Assembly: GCA_045640225.1 (NCBI GenBank) | Contig: JAZUEP010000063.1 | Span: forward strand, 2,243 to 66,242 | Reading direction: 5' to 3' | DNA length: 64,000 bases | Origin: Bacteroidales bacterium | GTDB lineage: Bacteria > Bacteroidota > Bacteroidia > Bacteroidales > UBA3663 | Part shown: piece by piece, positions 37,837 to 43,830 of the stretch | Numbering within the stretch: position 1 is the stretch's first letter | Layout of the letters: the number at the start of each line of letters is the position of its first letter | Made by a program: the position numbers and the translations under genes | Notes under the pieces: model-generated | Database searches by the model: none | Told to the model about the DNA's origin: nothing | The model's input: only the letters and a program-made list of their open reading frames with translations

Positions 37837-37893
37837 TTTGAGGTAGAAGACATTTGTTTCGTTGATTATGTTTATGTAGATACACTAACCATC
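37837..37893 (-). pseudogene. Gene 3'-end remnant, module B copy 1 (in-frame stop)
   Basis: Minus-strand translation DG*CIYINIINETNVFYLKY is homologous to the remnant at 42379-42435 (DGWYIYYNISNETNVIDLNY). No start codon or upstream ORF. Confidence 0.5.
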
Positions 37894-37946
37894 TGATTAA
37901 TTCTATTGTAACTGAATGGGATGGATTTATTAGCTTATATAGGTAT

Positions 37947-38363
37947 TTATTCAGATTCTGTAATTCGTGAAGAAAGGATTTCTTTTACTCGGTTAAGAAG
38001 GGTTCGTGTGGGTTCAAACTTTTCCTCAATGTCTTGCTTTGTCGCTTTGAAAAAACAGTCATAGTCTGATTTTTCTCTCATGGTCTCCAATTGGGAATAC
38101 AACTTGCCTTCGGCATCGGTTAGTTCACCCGTTATGACATAGTATTGACCAACAAGGCTTTTTATGCCATTATGTTTGTGCGAAGGATGTTGGTCCTGGA
38201 TCAACAAGGCACGAAAAGCATTGACCATTGAGTAATATAGTCTATTAGCAGCCATTGACCATGCTTCTATTTGGCATGCTTTTTCTGCATCATCCCAACA
38301 TTGGTCAGCCTTTTCGATGTATAGTTCAACCATCGCATTACGGTTATCAGATTCAAGGCTCAT
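37947..38363 (-). CDS. HEPN-domain protein (toxin-like partner of the MNT-HEPN pair)
   Basis: 138 aa. HEPN (PF05168-like) pattern ...ANRLYYSMVNAFRALL...HKHNG...LETMREKSDYD. 4-nt ATGA overlap with the upstream MNT gene. Confidence 0.8.
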   Translation of the reverse strand: MSLESDNRNAMVELYIEKADQCWDDAEKACQIEAWSMAANRLYYSMVNAFRALLIQDQHPSHKHNGIKSLVGQYYVITGELTDAEGKLYSQLETMREKSDYDCFFKATKQDIEEKFEPTRTLLNRVKEILSSRITESE

Positions 38364-38674
38364 AAGATTGATATTTTATCTTTTTCTACGTTATTGTAAA
38401 ATGGGCTGGAAACACGTTGTGCCCATTGCTCATAGGTATAGAGTATAGGACTTACATCTGCCTGGTTTTTCCATCCCCATAAAACAAAAGGATAGCAATA
38501 TGCATCCTCATCTGATGAATTTACGGAACTCTTATTGACAAGGATAAGCAGATCCCAGTCAGAATCCTCGTTAGCTTCCCCTCTGGCCCGTGATCCATAA
38601 AGCCAAACCTTACTACCATCTGGCAGCACTTGTTTAGCCACATCACGGAATCCTTGAATAATATTTCCATTCAT
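38360..38674 (-). CDS. Minimal nucleotidyltransferase (MNT) domain protein
   Basis: 104 aa. Pol-beta NTase motif LYGSRARGEANEDSDWDLLILV. Confidence 0.85.
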   Translation of the reverse strand: MNGNIIQGFRDVAKQVLPDGSKVWLYGSRARGEANEDSDWDLLILVNKSSVNSSDEDAYCYPFVLWGWKNQADVSPILYTYEQWAQRVSSPFYNNVEKDKISIL

Positions 38675-38714
38675 ACTCTTCTAAAATTTAAGATAATATT
38701 CCCATATTGCGCCG

Positions 38715-38789
38715 CAAATATACATCTTTTTTTTCATTCCACAATCAAAACACCCCGAAAAAGTGCAGAGGATGGACTTTTTCGGGGTT
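38715..38789 (-). promoter_or_regulatory. Cassette boundary module A, copy 2 (terminator hairpin plus promoter of the MNT-HEPN unit)
   Basis: Hairpin arms 38753-38764 / 38776-38787. TATATTTG -7 box at 38722-38715. The MNT ATG lies 40 nt downstream. Confidence 0.75.
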
Positions 38790-38918
38790 CAATGATTGCA
38801 TGATATCAAATTATGGAGTCTTCGGCATCACGTTGTCAGTCGCCCAGAGGGTCAATGCAGTACGGATCATTTTCGTCGAGCATGTGGTAGATCATTTCTT
38901 CATCCATAGCAGTAAGTA

Positions 38919-39068
38919 TTAGTCGTTGCAGTCGTATGGACCATGGTCATGATTGCAGATCCATCCCTGTATGCGATCGTCCTCACGAGCATACTTCTCC
39001 CACGGAGCTACGTTGTCACGATGTTGCTGTGCGCGCTGCTGGCGATTGTTGTTGAAAAAGAATCCCAT
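38919..39068 (-). CDS. 49-aa Cys/His-containing small protein, copy 2 (MGFFFNNNRQQRAQQHRDNVAPWEKYAREDDRIQGWICNHDHGPYDCND)
   Basis: Hand translation. Same promoter and operator layout as copy 1. Confidence 0.7.
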   Translation of the reverse strand: MGFFFNNNRQQRAQQHRDNVAPWEKYAREDDRIQGWICNHDHGPYDCND

Positions 39069-39134
39069 AGTCGTATTGTTTTATTGATTTAACTTGGTGC
39101 AAAGATAGGGAGTTTTGACGAGACAGCAAAACCT

Positions 39135-39148
39135 TGACAACGTTGTCA
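39135..39148. promoter_or_regulatory. Second copy of the TGACAACGTTGTCA palindrome
   Basis: Read directly. Same spacing to the -33/-7 elements of small gene copy 2. Confidence 0.6.
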
Positions 39149-39241
39149 CTTCAATTCAGCGCAAAACGGACTTGGAAAATGTAATTTATATATAGCAATC
39201 GCACCCGTAAGGAAATTTTTTTAGACGTTATAGTCAGGCTC

Positions 39242-39295
39242 ATTCCCTGTTATGTGGAGATGCGGGTCGACCCGCATCTCCACATAACAGGGAAT
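39242..39295. repeat. Perfect 54-bp palindrome (27+27, no spacer)
   Basis: ATTCCCTGTTATGTGGAGATGCGGGTC|GACCCGCATCTCCACATAACAGGGAAT, verified base by base. It lies between two divergent promoters. Confidence 0.95.
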
Positions 39296-39378
39296 ACGGT
39301 ATTTTTACAAAATTGTTCATTTGGCAAATCAAAATTTAATGCGTATCTTTGCCGTGTGAAAAATCAAAAAATAACATT

Positions 39379-40119
39379 ATGAACAAACTAAAAGAAATTT
39401 ACCGCGAGTTAATCTCCGCAATTAAAGAGTCGAATCTGGTATCGTATGATACCGTTAAATTTGGTGTTCAAACAGGACGGTTATATCCTGCGAATTCTCC
39501 GAATGTTGGAATGATGGTTATCGGGCGATCTTGCAATGGTTGGACAGCTTACAGCGACGATGTCGATGTCCTGTTTGGCGAAGGCAAATCATCAATGTTT
39601 AGTACAGAACCTTTTAGCTTTTTAAAAGAGGATAATAACCAATACAATCCAAAGCGCTCAGCTTTCTGGAGAGTAGTAGAAGCTATTGCAGCGACGTTTT
39701 ATGGCGAAAAACAATGGTCAGATTACATAGCGTGGAGTAACCTTTATAAAGTTTCACCAGAAGAAGGTAACCCCAACCGGACACTCGGCGGCCTTCAGTA
39801 CAAGCATTGCGTAGAGATTCTACGATACGAAATAGAGATGCGGTCACCAAGCATCATTATTTTCCTCACAGGCGATGACTCTAAAGACTGGTTGACAGAA
39901 GATTTTATAAAGTCTGCATGTGGAGGTATCGTCCCATCCTCCTTCACGGAGATCAAATGGGACAAATTTCGGTTGCTTTATTCAAAAATCAGCAATGACA
40001 GAGCAATAATCATCACCGAACACCCCCAAGGGAAGAAGGAGCAACCTCATATTGAAGCTATAATAGATTGTATTCGAAAAGCTAACATCAATTTATATAT
40101 TAATTCTCGCCACAAGTAA
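39379..40119 (+). CDS. Uracil-DNA glycosylase superfamily-like protein (family unassigned)
   Basis: Start at MNKLKEIY (39379), downstream of TTTG, 20 nt, TATCTTTG (39344-39351). UDG-like layout: MVIGRSCNGW (motif-1 position), SNLYKVSPEEGNPNR...C...L..EI....PSIIIFLTG, and a late ITEHPQG (motif-2 position). Confidence 0.5.
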   Translation: MNKLKEIYRELISAIKESNLVSYDTVKFGVQTGRLYPANSPNVGMMVIGRSCNGWTAYSDDVDVLFGEGKSSMFSTEPFSFLKEDNNQYNPKRSAFWRVVEAIAATFYGEKQWSDYIAWSNLYKVSPEEGNPNRTLGGLQYKHCVEILRYEIEMRSPSIIIFLTGDDSKDWLTEDFIKSACGGIVPSSFTEIKWDKFRLLYSKISNDRAIIITEHPQGKKEQPHIEAIIDCIRKANINLYINSRHK

Positions 40120-40123
40120 AATA

Positions 40124-40474
40124 TTATGGCTTGATGACCGTATCATCAGCAATATGATGGATTAGCTGTTCTGTCGTGTCATAAACATAAGGCAAGGCTG
40201 TAACTGCTGTCGTAGAGACAATAATGTCATCATCAAGTGCAACGGAGAGTTTGGCTATCGTAGCTAGCGTGAGGTTGTGCGTTCCACTCAGCCATCGGCT
40301 TACTTCTGTTTCGGTTTTTCCGAGTCTTTTCGCCAATTCTTTTTGACTCATATTTTTTGTCTCTAGCAATTCATACACCCTATTGGCGATCTGCACAGAC
40401 AGATCGACTTGTCGCCGAATCTCTGGTGTTGTTGCTTCGCGTATGCTTTGCATTATAGGATTGATCTTTGCCAT
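40124..40474 (-). CDS. XRE-family helix-turn-helix protein
   Basis: 116 aa. HTH_3-type MSQKELAKRLGKTETEVSRWLSGTHNLTLATIAKLSVAL. Confidence 0.85.
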   Translation of the reverse strand: MAKINPIMQSIREATTPEIRRQVDLSVQIANRVYELLETKNMSQKELAKRLGKTETEVSRWLSGTHNLTLATIAKLSVALDDDIIVSTTAVTALPYVYDTTEQLIHHIADDTVIKP

Positions 40475-40486
40475 AGTTTTTAATCA

Positions 40487-40690
40487 TTAGTCATCTATTG
40501 TAAAAGAAAGGGGACCGATGAGATTAGTTCCTTGTATTGTAACTATCTGTTCTCTTTCTTGCTGCTTAATTACAATGTCTATCTTCTGAAGTGTTTGTAC
40601 ACATCGATTAAGGTGAGCATCTTCTTCGTAAGTTTTTGTTGTCTTTAGTCCACTATCTTTCTTTTCTAGACGATCAATTTCGTGTTCCAA
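40487..40690 (-). CDS. 67-aa hypothetical protein, translationally coupled to the upstream 490-aa gene
   Basis: The ATG lies 1 nt after the stop of the 490-aa ORF, and the stop lies 12 nt before the XRE start. No recognisable motif. Confidence 0.55.
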   Translation of the reverse strand: MEHEIDRLEKKDSGLKTTKTYEEDAHLNRCVQTLQKIDIVIKQQEREQIVTIQGTNLIGPLSFTIDD

Positions 40691-40691
40691 A

Positions 40692-42164
40692 CTAAAATTC
40701 TATTCCGCACTCGTATTTATACAAGTTCTCTGTGAACTCTTTTGAAAAAGATACAGATGCACCATCTCGTATCACTATCACGTAACTTTTAAACAATCCA
40801 CCCCATTGAGACCAAAAACAATACGTAATCAACGCATGCATATTATCCATTATTCTCACACGAGGAAGGATTGAATCATCATTTAGGAACTTGCCGATTT
40901 CTGCTACTTTGATATTATAGAGCTTCGGCAAACTGGTTATGATAGTACGAGATCTATACATCGCATGCCAATCCAGCGGAAGAGAGTTTGGCAACTCATG
41001 TAATAACCATGCTTGCCAGATAGCAACTTCTGTAAATGGCATCTCAAGATAACCAAAGACAGATGGCAACAGTTCTCCAATATCATAAGGTATTTTACCC
41101 GATAAAATAGTTTCTCCATCAAATACCAGAGCCTCCTCTTTAGTCTCTGGGTTCTTCTTCTCTTTTGCTGTTTCTTTCCTTGCATAGAGACGAACCGAAG
41201 CGCCATAGAAATCACCGACCTTAACCCCATCAAGTATATAGCCATCTTTCAGTTTCAGGCTATCGAGAGATTCCATTACATCCTGAAGATTTTCAAAAGC
41301 ACGATGTTCTTTAGAGCCAAATACAATCCTGAAATTAAGTGTACTAATCCAAAGAGGATCATATTTGTCAAAGACACATTTTTTTAATGTTATTGCTTTA
41401 TAGTATGAGCTTTTCTCATCTATGTAGTTAACACCATCCGATCGTTGAGACAATGTAAAGCTTCTTTTACCGAGACTTGTTTCAATGCAAAAACCCCAAT
41501 TATTCCCTACCCATACTAAAGATACATTCTTGAATGCACCACCTAAGAATGAACGCTTCAAGACACAGTACTCGAAAAAAGTCTTAACCTCAGCAATACC
41601 TCGAACTGTACACTTTTCTGAATTAACAGATAAAACTACATTTGGATTCAGGATGCTTTCTATCATCTCATACTTACCTGCCATAATAGCTTTGCCAAAC
41701 CTGTCTGCAAGAAACAAATTGCGCATTTCCACCTTCTTGCCGTCATCTTTAGGGCCATAGATAGAGTCTTGACTAAAGTCATGTTGATACGGCATTGCAT
41801 AACGAGGACTATCTACAAAGTTATCATATTCATCCCAGAAGGAAATATTCAGTACTCGTACCAATAGTTTGTGTTCTAATATCTGTTGGCCATATTTTGC
41901 CTGAAATTCCTCAGAAGAGATTCCTGGATTCACAAAAATATGAATCAAAGGACTATCTGTAGCCTCTAACATAGGAACTGCAAATTCAGCGATATAATCA
42001 CCTATCATCAAATCTGAGTCAACAACTCTTCCCTCATAGTAATTACGAGCGAGTTCCCTATATATCGAAATTTTATCAACCTCTGACATAGGTTGATAAT
42101 TGAGTCTTGGCTCACCATCTACAATATATAAGGTGTATCTATAGTCTGCTTCTATTGCTCTCAT
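40692..42164 (-). CDS. 490-aa hypothetical protein, no recognisable catalytic motif (possible NTF2/SnoaL-like middle segment)
   Basis: Long intact ORF in AT-rich DNA, driven by module A copy 3. The segment AIMAGKYEMIESILNPNVVLSVNSEKCTVRGIAEVKTFFEY resembles SnoaL-like folds, by eye only. Confidence 0.7.
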   Translation of the reverse strand: MRAIEADYRYTLYIVDGEPRLNYQPMSEVDKISIYRELARNYYEGRVVDSDLMIGDYIAEFAVPMLEATDSPLIHIFVNPGISSEEFQAKYGQQILEHKLLVRVLNISFWDEYDNFVDSPRYAMPYQHDFSQDSIYGPKDDGKKVEMRNLFLADRFGKAIMAGKYEMIESILNPNVVLSVNSEKCTVRGIAEVKTFFEYCVLKRSFLGGAFKNVSLVWVGNNWGFCIETSLGKRSFTLSQRSDGVNYIDEKSSYYKAITLKKCVFDKYDPLWISTLNFRIVFGSKEHRAFENLQDVMESLDSLKLKDGYILDGVKVGDFYGASVRLYARKETAKEKKNPETKEEALVFDGETILSGKIPYDIGELLPSVFGYLEMPFTEVAIWQAWLLHELPNSLPLDWHAMYRSRTIITSLPKLYNIKVAEIGKFLNDDSILPRVRIMDNMHALITYCFWSQWGGLFKSYVIVIRDGASVSFSKEFTENLYKYECGIEF

Positions 42165-42237
42165 AAATGTTCATAGATTATTTCTCAAAAGTACCAGCCA
42201 TTACCAATTTTGGAAAATCTTGTGGTACTATGCGAGG

Positions 42238-42310
42238 CAAATATACACATTTTTTTCATTTCTCAATCAAATCACCCCGAAAAAGTGAATGGGATGCGCT
42301 TTTTCGGGAT
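42238..42310 (-). promoter_or_regulatory. Cassette boundary module A, copy 3
   Basis: Hairpin arms about 42275-42286 / 42298-42308 (10 bp). TATATTTG -7 box at 42245-42238. Confidence 0.7.
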
Positions 42311-42378
42311 GATATTATACGTTTTATTGAGGTTAACCCTCTTCTATGCTTGACTTAAATGAATGTGTCGGATATATA

Positions 42379-42435
42379 ATTGAGGTCGATGACATTTGTT
42401 TCGTTGCTGATGTTATAATAGATGTACCAGCCATC
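42379..42435 (-). pseudogene. Gene 3'-end remnant, module B copy 2
   Basis: 30-codon open fragment RGHDIDGWYIYYNISNETNVIDLNYISDTFI* with no start codon. Homologous to 37837-37893. Confidence 0.5.
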
Positions 42436-42463
42436 AATATCGTGTCCTCTTTAAATCAATTTA

Positions 42464-42666
42464 TGAGTCCACTTGAAAAAGTGCCATTTTTTGATAGCCC
42501 TTTTGGGAATCCTTTCTTTTTGTAAGCAATTTTCACAACAAAATACAGAATACAGACTGTTTCAAATAAAAACTATTCGATTTATTCTGAAAATTGACTG
42601 CAAGAAAGTATCGAACTATCATTTTGCAAGTATTTATTTAACGTCCGACTTTTTCAAGTGGACTCA
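42464..42666. repeat. Perfect 19-bp inverted repeats flanking a 165-bp AT-rich segment
   Basis: TGAGTCCACTTGAAAAAGT (42464-42482) and its exact reverse complement (42648-42666). The right arm abuts the stop of the 335-aa gene. Confidence 0.9.
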
Positions 42667-42667
42667 T

Positions 42668-43675
42668 TTATTCTTTTCTGGAGTTCTTTCTTTTACGATA
42701 CCACGTGCAGACGCTACGATACTTACTGTCAATGAAGTCTGAGATTTCGAATGCTTCACCTTCTTTGTCTTTTTCTTTTAGCAGCTTGTCAACCCATTCT
42801 CCAAGCTTCTGTTGCTTTCCGTCAAATGCTTGAGCTCCATCTTCATAATACTCCTGCTGAACGAAATCGGCCATAAGCATGAGAAATGAATAAGCATTTT
42901 TTCCGTGTTCTTGGATATTACGTTTAATCATATTCTCCAATTTTCCAAGAGCTTCAATCAGCACATCAGCTTCTGGAGACAGGTCTCGGTTCGGTTTCTT
43001 GTAGTCCAATACTTTACAAGTCAAAGGCATCATATCCTCTTCGTCCACAAAGATTTCGCTGAGCTTTTGAATCTTTTCCATGAAAGTTGCTTCAATGTCG
43101 CGAATGAAGTCAAAATCCCCTTTGCCGAGATGTTTTTCTATTTTATCATGAATATCTGATAAAGGGTTGCCATTGTGATTCGCTTTCAGTTCTTGTGTCA
43201 AATCCGGTACAAGAATAGAGTAATTATATCTGTCTTTCACCCTATGGGCGAAACCAATCTGATAGCTCAGCGATGCAGTCTTGTTGTAGCTGTTTCTCAT
43301 ACGAATAAATGCTGACCACCCCTCGTTAGCTAGTGGCTGGAATCCATCAACCTTCCTAAAAATATCAATAAGACATGAACCTCTATTGTTAGACAAATAA
43401 ACATCTTGAACCATGATATCCGAATCTTGTGCCAAATTGAAAAGCCTTTTAGCAATCCATCGTTGAAGATTGAATGCATCTTGATTTAAGACTAAGCAAT
43501 ACGTAGCTCCCACAATTGTAAAATAACTCTCTTTTTCGATATCAACGACGGCAGCATGTCTGAATGCGCGGCGTGCGTCAGCTAAGTATCCTCCACTGGT
43601 CTTTTCGAACGACCAATATGCAGGTAAAAGTTCTACTTCGAAAAATGCAGATTTCAGCTCTAAATTGTGTGGCAT
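42668..43675 (-). CDS. DUF932-like protein (tentative), last gene of the R-M-like operon
   Basis: 335 aa. TYCLVLNQDAF and IRMRNSYNKTASLSYQIGFAHRV resemble the DUF932 core (y.lv.N..af ... NShdgs.al....G..R.v). C-terminal helical K/E-rich half. Confidence 0.5.
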   Translation of the reverse strand: MPHNLELKSAFFEVELLPAYWSFEKTSGGYLADARRAFRHAAVVDIEKESYFTIVGATYCLVLNQDAFNLQRWIAKRLFNLAQDSDIMVQDVYLSNNRGSCLIDIFRKVDGFQPLANEGWSAFIRMRNSYNKTASLSYQIGFAHRVKDRYNYSILVPDLTQELKANHNGNPLSDIHDKIEKHLGKGDFDFIRDIEATFMEKIQKLSEIFVDEEDMMPLTCKVLDYKKPNRDLSPEADVLIEALGKLENMIKRNIQEHGKNAYSFLMLMADFVQQEYYEDGAQAFDGKQQKLGEWVDKLLKEKDKEGEAFEISDFIDSKYRSVCTWYRKRKNSRKE

Positions 43676-43689
43676 AATGTAATTGTATA

Positions 43690-43818
43690 TTATTGGTTTA
43701 GCGAAGTTTTAAAATTCTTCCCATACTGATCTGCCGCATCGGTGAGTTTGTCATCGATGGGCAGATTCATATCACGCAGAGATTTCAGCGTGGTGTATAG
43801 TTCTTTGAGGGTTGCCAT
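43690..43818 (-). CDS. 42-aa ORF filling the gap between the methyltransferase and DUF932-like genes (MATLKELYTTLKSLRDMNLPIDDKLTDAADQYGKNFKTSLNQ)
   Basis: Hand translation. The start lies 12 nt after the MTase stop, and the stop lies 14 nt before the next start. Coding status is unproven. Confidence 0.35.
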   Translation of the reverse strand: MATLKELYTTLKSLRDMNLPIDDKLTDAADQYGKNFKTSLNQ

Positions 43819-43830
43819 AGCTTTGACGTT

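Noticed and set aside
42473-42742. 89-aa plus-strand ORF in the IR-flanked AT-rich segment
   Set aside because: It spans the non-coding segment and then runs antisense into the DUF932-like gene. It is hydrophobic junk typical of AT-rich DNA, with no promoter.
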